From Bacteroidia bacterium (lineage in GTDB: Bacteria; Bacteroidota; Bacteroidia; SpSt-205), in contig BPGW01000002.1 of NCBI GenBank assembly GCA_026003235.1, positions 269,345 to 333,344 on the forward strand: a stretch of DNA of 64,000 nt. Direction: 5' to 3'. Under the pieces are notes generated by a model. It was given only the letters and a program-made list of their open reading frames with translations, was not told the origin of the DNA and searched no databases. Below are positions 8,403-18,873 of the stretch, in pieces (the stretch's first letter is position 1; each line of letters begins with the position of its first letter). The translations under genes and the position numbers were made by a program.

Positions 8403-9165
8403 ACAAGCGCAGGGTGCCTTGCTTGTCTGGTCCTCGCCACGCCACGAGGTAAACCCCAGGCGGCACCGATAAAGAATGGGCCCCTTCGCCAACCAGGTGG
8501 GCCACCTGCCGACCTTCCAGGGTGTACAAGGTAGCTTCTTGCGCGGGGGCCTCCAGGCGCAGGAACTGCCCCGTCCAGCGAACAGGCGCTCTTTCCGCGA
8601 CCCCTTCTGCCAAAGCTGTGACGGAAGCCGGCTGCACCGTAAGCGTTAGCGTGCCCACAGCGTCTCCGCTTGTGGCGCCATTCCCATTGGCGGCGTTGGC
8701 GGCAATGTACCACGTAAGCGGCCCTACATTCGTAGCGGGAGGAGTCCAGGAAAAAGTCCAGCTATTCGTGCCGCCGGCATTTTTGTGGGCGATGTATCGG
8801 CGGTTGCTGCTTCCTGTTTGCAAGACGGTGTTAGGATCGGTCTGGGTTAGTCCCTGGCTCGGAGTGTTTCCACCGCTCATGTCCAGCACAGTCAGCTGAA
8901 ACCCATATTTAGAGGCGGAGGGGTGGGTTACAGTGACTTGGAGCGTTATCGCAGGACCGCCAGGGGTGTAAGTGCTAAAGGAAGCGCCTCCACTCTCTAT
9001 AAGGGTGATAGAAGGCGCAGGACTTCCTCCGGAATGGCAGCTTCTACAGGTTCCGTTGTCGCTGGGGGCGCCGGTGTACCCTACAGGCGGCTGACTGGAA
9101 TTCGCTTCGCGAAAGGCCCATAAAGACAAGGCCAGCACAGCAAGCCACATCACGCGGATAGCCAT
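8392..9165 (-). CDS. Secreted CxxCH-motif protein with T9SS C-terminal sorting domain (paralogue of 41729-42514)
   Basis: Signal peptide MAIRVMWLAVLALSLWA, then PPVGYTGAPSDNGTCRSCHSGG (CRSCH encoded at 9034-9048). The C-terminus LYTLEGRQVAHLV..GVYLVAWRG..LRLFIL is Por/T9SS CTD-like. Confidence 0.6.
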   Translation of the reverse strand: MAIRVMWLAVLALSLWAFREANSSQPPVGYTGAPSDNGTCRSCHSGGSPAPSITLIESGGASFSTYTPGGPAITLQVTVTHPSASKYGFQLTVLDMSGGNTPSQGLTQTDPNTVLQTGSSNRRYIAHKNAGGTNSWTFSWTPPATNVGPLTWYIAANAANGNGATSGDAVGTLTLTVQPASVTALAEGVAERAPVRWTGQFLRLEAPAQEATLYTLEGRQVAHLVGEGAHSLSVPPGVYLVAWRGPDKQGTLRLFIL

Positions 9166-9169
9166 CTGG

Positions 9170-9177
9170 CAAAGATA
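9170..9177 (-). promoter_or_regulatory. -7 promoter element (TATCTTTG on minus strand)
   Basis: Plus strand reads caaagata, 4 nt upstream of ATG 9165 on the minus strand. Confidence 0.5.
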
Positions 9178-9214
9178 AGCCTTGGCCTTTGACTTTGCGC
9201 ATCTTTGTCTGACC

Positions 9215-11707
9215 ATGTATGTTCGGTTGGGGCTTTTTGGGGCGATAGGGGGGCTGTGGGGCCAGACGTGGACCTTGCGAGGGCAGGTGGTGGACGCAGA
9301 AGGCCATCCCGTCCCTTACGCCGTCGTCAGGCTGGTGGAAGGAGGCTTTCAGACGGCGGCCAGCGCCGATGGACGGTTTGTCTTGTCTCTGCTGTCAGAT
9401 ACGGTCGTGGTGGAGGTGCGACGATTGGGGTATCGGACTCGTCGGGATACCGTGGTGCGAAAAGGAGAGGGAATGACCCAGCTTTTTGTGCTCACAGCGC
9501 AGGAGGTGCGGTTGCCGGGCGTCGTGATCACCGAAGGGGGCCAGGACCCCGGCGAGCTCCTGATCCGCAAAGCTATCGCCGCCAAAGCCGCTAACCGCGC
9601 TTGTCTGCCGGCGTTCCAAGCCGAAACCTACACCCTTTACACGATTCGCTGGGCCGAACCGCCCCCGGCTCCCCTCCGCAAGGCCCTCTCGGTCCCCACC
9701 GAGAAAGGCGAAGTCCTCTTTATGTCGGAAGCCGTTTCCCGCGTGTACTTCCTTCCGCCTGATAAGTACCGGGAGGATATTGTCCGTTCCCGGGTTGTGG
9801 GGAGCCGTTCGTACAGCGTGCTGGGCAGCTGGCCTTTTCGGGACTTTGACCCCTATGGCGAACGGGTAGCCTTGCCCGAGTTGACAGAAACGCCTTTTGT
9901 GCTACCCTTGGCCAAAGACGCCTTCCTCTATTACCGCTATCGCTTGGTAGGCCAGGTCTGGGATGAGAGCGGGTTTTTCTACAAAATAGCTGTGGAGCCT
10001 CGCAGCGCTGTCTCCCCTTGTGTGCGGGGTTATGTGCTCCTGGCTGACGAGAGCTACGCCCTGGTAGGCCTGGAATGGGAGGCTGACGGGGCGCGCCCAC
10101 TCCGCTACACGGACACCCTCCGGGTGCAAGCCACATGGATTCCCGTGGGTTCCTGCTACCAGCTTGGGGGGCTGAACTTCTGGGGCCGTTTTCGGTTTTC
10201 CCTTCCGGCCGTGGGTCAGGTATCCGTCCAAGCCGAAGGCTACGCAGCTTACCAGAAGTATCGTTTTCTTACGACCGAAACACCGACGAAAAAAAACCAG
10301 ACTCCCTCCGCCAGGGTCCCTTCTTTCGGTGAGCTGAGGGTGAGCAGGTCTGGGCCGTCTCCTTCGCCGGTGGAAACGCTGCGGGTGGAGCGGATAGACT
10401 TTGGGGAGTATGTGCAGGTGCTACCTGGGGCCGATACGGCTACGGAGGCTTTCTGGGATAGTGTGCGCGCGGCACCGCTAGACACTCAGCAGGTAGCTTA
10501 CTTACTGCGTGCCCAAGAAGAGCTGAAGAAGCCTGATACGGCTTCTGTTTCTCAGAGACGATTTCGTTTTTTTCCCGACGAGGAAGGGCTTCGGTGGGTT
10601 TTCAGCGGCCGGCGTGCAAGCGCTGACCGGTGGGGGATAGAGGCGGTATGGCAATGGCCCAGTTATACGAGGCAAGAAGGGTGGGCTTTACCGGTGACGG
10701 GGCGTTTTCGCCGGCGCAAAGGCCCTTTCCAATGGGGAGCTTCGGTCACTTTGCGGTATGGGCTGGCGTGGAAACGGGTGCTACCTGCCCTCTCGCTGGG
10801 CTGGTCCAGTATGACCTTTCCCGGCTGGGGGGTTGAAGTGCGAGGGGGCCTTAGCCCGCGCGAGCCCACCGACCGCCTCCAGGTGCCCCTGCTCTGGAAT
10901 GCCCTCTACCGCTTGGCGGGAGCGGCCCCGCCCTGGCAGGGCTACATCCGCCCTTTCGTGGAGGTGGAAGGTAGACGATACCTACACCGTACGCTGCAAG
11001 CCCGGCTGCGCTTGAGCTGGGATAGGCGTGCTACGGAGCCCCAAGACCAGGGTGTGTACTCGGCCTGGCGGAGCGCCTTGGCCCTGGAATGGCAACCAGG
11101 TACACGGCTTTTTCGTACGCCTCGCGGGTTTTTTCTGGATGCGCCCTCCCGGGTATGGGCCTTTCGGCTTAGGGGAGCTTGCGAAGCCGCTTGGATAGAG
11201 GGCAGGCCCCTCGTGACCGCCAGCTTGGAAGCGCTTCCCCTCCTATCCATAAGCCCCTTGGGCTTTCTGCAAGCGCACATAGGTCTGGCCTGGCAAGATA
11301 GGACGGCGCCGTGGCCTGATGCGCTATACCCTGCTGCGCTGCCCCTCCTGCTGCATCGTTCCCCGCTGACCTTGATGCGTTATCCTGCTTACGCTTCAGC
11401 GGGTCCTTACCTGGGGCAGGCCGTTTTGCGTTGGAGTCCGCAGGGGGCCCTCCTGCGAGCTGTACCGCTTTTGCGCAAGCTGCCTCTGCAAGAGCAAGTG
11501 GTGCTAAGGGGACTCTTTCCAGGGCAGGGGCAGCGGCATGCAGAACTCAGCGTTTACCTGATTTTTTCCGGCAAGCGGCTGGCTTTTTTCCAGGGACTGA
11601 GCGGCGGCCTGCACTGGAGCCTCCTGGAGGGCTTTCGGGCACCGACTTTCAGTGTAGGTACGGCGCTTTCGGGGGAAAGTCTGCTTTTCAAGCCGGCGCT
11701 CTTGTGA
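9215..11707 (+). CDS. Carboxypeptidase-regulatory-like domain protein (DUF5686-like outer membrane protein)
   Basis: The N-terminus LRGQVVDAEGHPVPYAVVRLVEGGFQTAASADGRFVL is a CarboxypepD_reg fold. The remaining roughly 830 aa is rich in beta-strand/aromatic residues, as in Bacteroidota DUF5686 proteins. Family name given from memory. Confidence 0.6.
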   Translation: MYVRLGLFGAIGGLWGQTWTLRGQVVDAEGHPVPYAVVRLVEGGFQTAASADGRFVLSLLSDTVVVEVRRLGYRTRRDTVVRKGEGMTQLFVLTAQEVRLPGVVITEGGQDPGELLIRKAIAAKAANRACLPAFQAETYTLYTIRWAEPPPAPLRKALSVPTEKGEVLFMSEAVSRVYFLPPDKYREDIVRSRVVGSRSYSVLGSWPFRDFDPYGERVALPELTETPFVLPLAKDAFLYYRYRLVGQVWDESGFFYKIAVEPRSAVSPCVRGYVLLADESYALVGLEWEADGARPLRYTDTLRVQATWIPVGSCYQLGGLNFWGRFRFSLPAVGQVSVQAEGYAAYQKYRFLTTETPTKKNQTPSARVPSFGELRVSRSGPSPSPVETLRVERIDFGEYVQVLPGADTATEAFWDSVRAAPLDTQQVAYLLRAQEELKKPDTASVSQRRFRFFPDEEGLRWVFSGRRASADRWGIEAVWQWPSYTRQEGWALPVTGRFRRRKGPFQWGASVTLRYGLAWKRVLPALSLGWSSMTFPGWGVEVRGGLSPREPTDRLQVPLLWNALYRLAGAAPPWQGYIRPFVEVEGRRYLHRTLQARLRLSWDRRATEPQDQGVYSAWRSALALEWQPGTRLFRTPRGFFLDAPSRVWAFRLRGACEAAWIEGRPLVTASLEALPLLSISPLGFLQAHIGLAWQDRTAPWPDALYPAALPLLLHRSPLTLMRYPAYASAGPYLGQAVLRWSPQGALLRAVPLLRKLPLQEQVVLRGLFPGQGQRHAELSVYLIFSGKRLAFFQGLSGGLHWSLLEGFRAPTFSVGTALSGESLLFKPALL

Positions 11708-12580
11708 AAGCTCGTTGGGTGGAGGGCTTACCCCTTCAGCAGGTATGGGCGAGCTTCCGGGTGGGGGAGCCTTTTGAGGCCTGGGCATGGTGGGAAGCCA
11801 TGGAGCGGCCTTTCGGCGCCGTCCTGATGGAGAACCGCGGGGAGCCGGTGGCGTTGTGGCCGCTCGCCTTGAGAAAGATAGGGCCTTTGCGGGCCTATCG
11901 GCAGCCGATCGGCTTACCCTGGTCGCCGCTCCTCGTGCGGTTAGGGGCCGGAGAGGAAAGCCCTTCTCTGGAGAAGCAAGCCTCGGTTCTACGGGCTTTG
12001 GCCGCCTGGATACAAGCGCAGCCCGCCTGGGTAGAAGGAGGGCTCCCCCCCCAGTGGCAGTATTTGCCGGCTCTGCGCCAGGGCGGCCTCTGGCCCCGCG
12101 TGGTGGGAAGCTTTGTGCTCCAGCCGGGGGCTTTCGTGCCGTCGGCCGACCTGCGCCGCAAACTGCGCCAAGCGGCGGAGGTGCCCCTTCTGCCGGTTCC
12201 AGCCTCAGAAGCCTACTCCTTATGGCAAGCCCATAAACCGAAAGGCGTGTCCGCTGGCTTTGCAGCGCTCTTACAGCGGTGGGTGGGGGGGGCCCTTCCT
12301 CTGGCGAGCCTGGGTGGTGGGCCAGCCCCCCGAAGGCGTAGGCCTTTTTCTCTGGGGGAAAAACCGCGCCTGGTACATCGCAGGCGCTCACTGGCAACCC
12401 GGCCAGGCTTTTGTCCGGCTTATTGCCCACGCCATCCAAACAGCCAGCCAAGAAGGTAAAGCGTTTGACTTCATGGGTTCCTACTTGCCAGGCATTGAAA
12501 GGTTCTTCCGCCAATTCGGAGGGGCCTGGGAAAATCGCCTCTGGCTCCGAAGAATCGGGTTTTTGGGGCCCCTCGGTTAG
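11704..12580 (+). pseudogene. GNAT/FemAB-like (BioF2-like) acetyltransferase domain protein, split by a +1 frameshift at a G8 tract
   Basis: Frame A runs from GTG 11704 (VKARWVEGLPLQQVW..LLQRWVG). Frame B continues as PFLWRAWVVGQPPEGVGLFLWGKNRAWYIAGAH..EGKAFDFMGS..ERFFRQFGG and ends at 12580. The switch coincides with GGGGGGGG at 12285-12292. Confidence 0.55.
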
Positions 12581-12611
12581 CTTAGGCCGCCACAACTCCC
12601 GCTTCTTGCGG

Positions 12612-12619
12612 TAACTTCG
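12612..12619 (+). promoter_or_regulatory. -7 promoter element variant (TAACTTCG) for upp
   Basis: taacttcg + ctgc + ATG 12624. The context gtaactt(t/c)gctgcatg is the same as at 13719-13734. Confidence 0.4.
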
Positions 12620-12623
12620 CTGC

Positions 12624-13274
12624 ATGGCGGTGCATGTGGTGGGAGACAGACCGTCTTTACTGACGCAGGTGCTGGCCGAGCTGCGCAATGAAAAGCTCCA
12701 GAAAGACCGGCATCGTTTTCGCTGGAACCTGCAGCGAGCAGGATTTCTCTTAGCTTATGAGATCAGTCGCCAGCTACCTTACCTTGATGCCGAGGTGCGT
12801 ACCCCTTTAGGGCAGGCGACGGTGAAGGTGCTGGCGGAGCCGCCTATCCTGGTGAGCATCCTTCGGGCAGGCAATGCTTTTCTGGCGGGGGCGATGGAGG
12901 CCTTTGACTTTGCGGATGTGGGCTTTGTAGCCGCTTACCGCACCGAGCACACCAACCGAGAAGTAGAAGTCCAGGTGGATTACCTGGCAGTACCTTCGCT
13001 GGCAGGGCGTATTGTGATCCTCTTGGATCCTATGCTGGCCACAGGCAGCAGCGTGATCTTGTCCTATGAAGCCCTCCTTTTCCGAGGCCAACCCCGACAG
13101 CTTTTCATCATGGCGTTGATCGCCTCGGAATACGGCCTGAAAGCCGTCCAAAAACGCCTACCTGAAGCCGAAATCTACGTAGGAGCGGTAGACAAGGAGC
13201 TCACAGCGCGAGGGTATATTGTGCCGGGCTTGGGCGATGCGGGCGACTTAGCGTATGGGGCTTTACATGGGTGA
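12624..13274 (+). CDS. upp: Uracil phosphoribosyltransferase
   Basis: ILRAGNAF, the PRPP-binding loop LLDPMLATGSS, and C-terminal YIVPGLGDAGDLAYG. Confidence 0.9.
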   Translation: MAVHVVGDRPSLLTQVLAELRNEKLQKDRHRFRWNLQRAGFLLAYEISRQLPYLDAEVRTPLGQATVKVLAEPPILVSILRAGNAFLAGAMEAFDFADVGFVAAYRTEHTNREVEVQVDYLAVPSLAGRIVILLDPMLATGSSVILSYEALLFRGQPRQLFIMALIASEYGLKAVQKRLPEAEIYVGAVDKELTARGYIVPGLGDAGDLAYGALHG

Positions 13275-13704
13275 GGTGGATCTGTGGCGGTACCTTTCTG
13301 TGGGGCTGATGAGCGGGCTCAAGTTCATGGTGGGGGTAGCGATGAGCGCAGCCTTCCGGTTTTCCTTCTGGGAGCAGTTTCTCACGACAAGCGGAGGAGG
13401 CATCGCCGGCGTGGTGTTCTTTACGTATTTGGGGGACTGGATTCGGAGGCAGATAGCTCGGTGGCGGGGTCGGCCTGCGGCGTCCCTTTCCCCACGATGG
13501 GCTCGCCTCTGGGAAAGGTACGGCCTATGGGGAGTAGCTTTCTTGACCCCTCCTATCCTTAGTCCGCCTCTCGGCACAGCTATCGCCCTCGCATTTGGCA
13601 CGCCGCGCCCCCACATCGTGGCGCGCATGACCCTCGCCATGATCTTCTGGGGCTTCTTTTTTGCTGGCCTCTGGGAAAGCCTCCAACAGTTCATTCCCTT
13701 TTGA
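13255..13704 (+). CDS. Small integral membrane protein, unknown function
   Basis: About 145 aa with 3-4 hydrophobic segments (LMSGLKFMVGVAMSAAF, GGGIAGVVFFTYLG, GLWGVAFLTPPILSPPLGTAIALAF, MIFWGFFFAGLW). No family recognised. Confidence 0.45.
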   Translation: MGLYMGEVDLWRYLSVGLMSGLKFMVGVAMSAAFRFSFWEQFLTTSGGGIAGVVFFTYLGDWIRRQIARWRGRPAASLSPRWARLWERYGLWGVAFLTPPILSPPLGTAIALAFGTPRPHIVARMTLAMIFWGFFFAGLWESLQQFIPF

Positions 13705-13719
13705 AAGTCTAGGAAATCG

Positions 13720-13727
13720 TAACTTTG
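13720..13727 (+). promoter_or_regulatory. -7 promoter element (TAACTTTG) for the TonB-dependent receptor gene
   Basis: taactttg + ctgc + ATG 13732. Confidence 0.5.
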
Positions 13728-13731
13728 CTGC

Positions 13732-16002
13732 ATGAGTAGGATAAGTGGGGAGCTTCTGGCCCCAGTCTTGCCGCTCGCCCTTCGCCGTCTCCCCCTTTTC
13801 CCACTATTCGCCATTCGCCCTTTCCCACTCTTTTTACTACTCGTCATTCGCCCTTTCCCCCCCTTTTTGCTACTCGCCATTCGCCCTTTCCTCCCTTTTT
13901 TACTACTCACCATTCGCCATTTCCCACTTTTCTTGCTACTCGCCATTCGCCCTTTCCTCCCTTTTTTACTATTCGCCATTCGCCCTTTCCCACTGATAAT
14001 AGGGGGCCTTGTGGCTCTGGCTTCGGCCCAAAACCTTCCTGATACTGTGTCCACCTATCAGCTGCCTGTCGTGTTTATTGAGGATTCGGTGCGGCGCTTT
14101 CCAAGCGAAGTCTCTGTAGCTGAGCAGCTTGCGCAGCGGCTTTCCGGCGCGCAGGCGGTGTACCGAAGTGTGCCCTTTGCCCAAGAGGTGGTTTATCAAG
14201 GCCTAATGCCCCAGCAGCTCCAGCTGACCCTGGCAGGGATGCGAATCCACCCTGCGTGTGTAGACCGGATGGACCCCGTGCTAACTTTCGTAGAGCCTGC
14301 CGTGGTGGAAACGATCCAAGAGCGCCCCCAGCAAGGATGGGGAGGCACGCCTGCCCTGGAGGTGGGGTTGCTTTCCCCGGAGGGAACCCCTGGAGGAGGA
14401 GCCACCTTGCTGGGGGGGGATAATTACCACCGTCTCTATGCCAACGCGCAGCACCGCGCCCAAAAAGGGAAACTCCGATGGGCTTCCGCCTCCACTTTTC
14501 GGTTAGGGGGGCCTTATCGTACAGGGCGTTGGCTTACCCCCAGGGCCTTTTCCCCAGCCTCTGAGCCTTACCGAGATACCACCCTGCCCTTGGACCCCTT
14601 CCGAAAGCTCAACCTCTACACCGCTCTCTCCTATGCCGTCAGTCCTGCCCACACGGTGGAACTGCTCTACCTGGGTGACTACTTTTACTGGGTGGCTTAT
14701 CCTGGGCTCATCATGGACGCCAGGCACTCGGCTATGCACCTCTTGAGTGTGCGGCACCGATGGCGCCGCTTTTCTGACATGCGCCTCTATGCCAATACGG
14801 TCTTTCACGACATGACGGATGAGCGGCGGCCCCTCTCCGAAATCCAAACCCGTCCTGTGATGCCCGGCATGTACATGCCCATGCGGGGCCTGACCCGCGT
14901 CCTGGGCCTGGTGTGGGAAGGTCACCTGGGGGAAGAGCGACCCTTTCGTCTCAAGCCCCGCATAGAAGGCACATGGAATCAAGCTTGGGGGGCCATGGAT
15001 ATGTATCCTGTAGGGCCTGGCGCGCCTATGCGCCTCCTCAACTTAGCTGATATTCGCTTCTGGCAAGGAGGCTCAGCCCTCCAAGCCGCTTACGTTCAGC
15101 CTACCTTCTCCCTACAAGCCGAAGCTACCCTCACCTACCTGGCCTATCGCGTAGGAGATACCCTCTCTTTCCTGCCCTTAGAATTGTACCAACAGCGGTA
15201 TGTAGGTCAGGCTGATCGATCCCCGGCTTACACGGTGTACCAGGTGGGGGTGGGCTTTCAGCGGTGGACTTCTTGGGGGCGTCTCTCGCTGAGCTTGCGG
15301 CAAGGCACCCGGCCTCCCACCCACACTGAACTTTACGGTTACTACCTCTATGTGCCCATGGACAATAGCTTTTGGATGGGGAATAGCCGGTTGCGACCGG
15401 AGCGCTTGCTGCGGGGAGAGCTGCTTAGCGAATGGAATGCCCAACACCTGCGTTTGACCCTTACGTTGTACGCCAATCGGCTCACAGACTACATAGCGCC
15501 GGTGACTTTTTTACCTGTGGGCGCGCCGGGCAACGGCACCCAGCAAGCTTGGCGTATCCTCCGCAATACAGGCTTGGCTTGGACGGCGGGAGGCACCCTT
15601 CGCACCACGCTCGTATGGAGCTCTACCCAGCTTGAAGCCCAAACCGGCTATACCTGGGGCTGGCACGCCACCCTACGGGAGCCCCTGCCGTGGATCTATC
15701 CCTTTTTTGTGCGGGTTCGGGCCAGTCAGGGATGGCGCCGCCATCTCGGCCAAGTAGAAGCTTACTTTGCCGCAGCACAGCGCCGCCTCTCTCGTACCCT
15801 TTATGTGGAGGACCCCACACCGCCTTACCTCCTCCTTCATGCGGCATACCGGTACCTCCTCTGGAGTAAGGCTCGCGCCAGCGCATTCCTGACCCTGCGA
15901 GCTGAGAACCTCCTCAACACCTACGGGTGGGACCATCTAAGCGTGGGCAATATGCCTTTCTTAGGGCGGGTCTTTCGGGCGGGGTTGCAGCTCTCCTGGT
16001 AA
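13732..16002 (+). CDS. TonB-dependent receptor-like outer membrane beta-barrel protein with a repeat-encoded N-terminal extension
   Basis: 756-aa ORF rich in beta-strand/aromatic residues, with a terminal ..[12 protein letters not shown] (C-terminal aromatic residue typical of OM barrels). The start is uncertain. ATG 13732 is supported by the upstream -7 element, but it puts the 33-bp repeats inside the N-terminus. Confidence 0.65.
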   Translation: MSRISGELLAPVLPLALRRLPLFPLFAIRPFPLFLLLVIRPFPPFLLLAIRPFLPFLLLTIRHFPLFLLLAIRPFLPFLLFAIRPFPLIIGGLVALASAQNLPDTVSTYQLPVVFIEDSVRRFPSEVSVAEQLAQRLSGAQAVYRSVPFAQEVVYQGLMPQQLQLTLAGMRIHPACVDRMDPVLTFVEPAVVETIQERPQQGWGGTPALEVGLLSPEGTPGGGATLLGGDNYHRLYANAQHRAQKGKLRWASASTFRLGGPYRTGRWLTPRAFSPASEPYRDTTLPLDPFRKLNLYTALSYAVSPAHTVELLYLGDYFYWVAYPGLIMDARHSAMHLLSVRHRWRRFSDMRLYANTVFHDMTDERRPLSEIQTRPVMPGMYMPMRGLTRVLGLVWEGHLGEERPFRLKPRIEGTWNQAWGAMDMYPVGPGAPMRLLNLADIRFWQGGSALQAAYVQPTFSLQAEATLTYLAYRVGDTLSFLPLELYQQRYVGQADRSPAYTVYQVGVGFQRWTSWGRLSLSLRQGTRPPTHTELYGYYLYVPMDNSFWMGNSRLRPERLLRGELLSEWNAQHLRLTLTLYANRLTDYIAPVTFLPVGAPGNGTQQAWRILRNTGLAWTAGGTLRTTLVWSSTQLEAQTGYTWGWHATLREPLPWIYPFFVRVRASQGWRRHLGQVEAYFAAAQRRLSRTLYVEDPTPPYLLLHAAYRYLLWSKARASAFLTLRAENLLNTYGWDHLSVGNMPFLGRVFRAGLQLSW
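13774..13995. repeat. Tandem repeat, 33-bp unit x about 6.7 copies, pyrimidine-rich on the plus strand
   Basis: Units start at 13774, 13807, 13840, 13873, 13906, 13939 and 13972 (partial). Consensus is roughly CTACTCGCCATTCGCCCTTTCCYCCCTTTTTTA. The repeat is in frame with the ORF (11 aa per unit, AIRPFPxFLLL). Confidence 0.9.
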
Positions 16003-16026
16003 AAGCCGCCTTTTGCCAGAAAGTCG

Positions 16027-16034
16027 TATTTTTG
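16027..16034 (+). promoter_or_regulatory. -7 promoter element (TATTTTTG) upstream of rho
   Basis: tatttttg lies 45 nt upstream of ATG 16080. Confidence 0.4.
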
Positions 16035-16079
16035 TCTGGACGAAGGGGAGCCTTACCCCATTCTGTTTCTCAGGCATCC

Positions 16080-17806
<1,727 letters not shown>

Positions 17807-17810
<4 letters not shown>

Positions 17811-18817
17811 CGCTGTGGGAAGCCAGCTTGCCTGAGCTGGAGGCGTGGATGCTGCAGCGAGGGCAGCCGGGTTACCGGGCCCGCCAGGTGTGGAACTGGG
17901 TCTGGACGAAAGGACAGCCAGACCCCTGGGCCATGTCGGATTTGCCGAAGGCCCTGCGAGAGGCCTTAGCGGCCGAGTTTTCCGCACCCCGCCTGGTCCT
18001 TCTCCACCGAACAGAAAGCCAAGACGGCACGCAAAAGTTTTTGTGGCAGATGCCAGGCGGAGGGACCGTAGAAACCGTCTGGATCCCTCACGAAGGCCGC
18101 CATACGGTATGTGTGTCCAGTCAGGTGGGGTGTAGCCTCAATTGCCGTTTTTGCGCCACAGGGCAACTGGGCCTGGAGCGGCAGCTGACCGGCTACGAAA
18201 TCCTGCTCCAGGTCTATACCTTGCGCCATGAGCTGGGCCTACCCATCACGCACGTGGTCTTCATGGGCATGGGCGAACCCCTCCTCAACTACAGCGCCGT
18301 CATGCAAGCCTTTGAGGGCTTAGTGCACCGCATGGGCTTTAGCCCGAGGCGGATTACCTTTTCCACGGTGGGCATCCCTAAGGGCATTCGGCGATTGGCG
18401 CAGCGAACCGAACCCTTTGAACTGGCTTTCTCCCTCCACAGCGCTATCCCGGAAAAACGGCGAGCTTTGATCCCCCTGGCTGCCCACATCCCCCTTGACG
18501 AGATCCGGGAAGCTCTAATAGACTATTGCGTGCGCCGTTTTGACTGGGTGACGCTGGAGTATGTGCTTTTGGATGGGGTCAACGATGGGGAGGAGGATGC
18601 AGAGGCGCTGCGGGCGTTTGTACGCAAGCCCCTCCAGGCCAAGGTCAACCTGATTGAGTACAATCCTGTGCCGGGTTTGCCGTTCCGGCCCTCGCAGCGC
18701 ACGCGCGCTTTTCAAAAGAAGCTTCTTCAGCAAGGGCTTTTGGCTACGGTGCGTCGCAGCCGAGGTGCTGACATCGCCGCTGGCTGTGGACAGCTGGCCC
18801 GCCATGTCGCCAAATAG
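17807..18817 (+). CDS. rlmN: 23S rRNA/tRNA adenine-C2 methyltransferase (radical SAM)
   Basis: [18 protein letters not shown] radical-SAM cluster motif, [10 protein letters not shown] and a C-terminal [14 protein letters not shown] 17807 overlaps the rho stop (ATGA). The track start at 17798 (GTG) is also possible. Confidence 0.9.
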
Positions 18818-18843
18818 CCCTTTTTGCCTAAGGCATTTTTCTG

Positions 18844-18851
18844 TACCTTTG
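18844..18851 (+). promoter_or_regulatory. -7 promoter element (TACCTTTG)
   Basis: tacctttg lies 22 nt upstream of ATG 18874. Confidence 0.45.
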
Positions 18852-18873
18852 ACCTACCCAATACAACGCGCCT

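Noticed and set aside
11504-12688. A 394-aa minus-strand ORF.
   Set aside because: It is antisense to the GNAT-like gene and to the end of the DUF5686-like gene. The translation is P/R/A/G-rich with no domain pattern, so it is a GC artefact.
13774-13995. Considered whether the 33-bp repeats could be a CRISPR array.
   Set aside because: The units are directly contiguous with no spacers, they differ from each other by point changes, and no cas genes are nearby. It is a simple tandem repeat.
13263-14054. A 263-aa minus-strand ORF containing a ([11 protein letters not shown])n repeat.
   Set aside because: It is the antisense reading of the 33-bp repeat plus the antisense of the small membrane-protein gene. 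It has no independent start context, and the plus-strand genes have promoter support.
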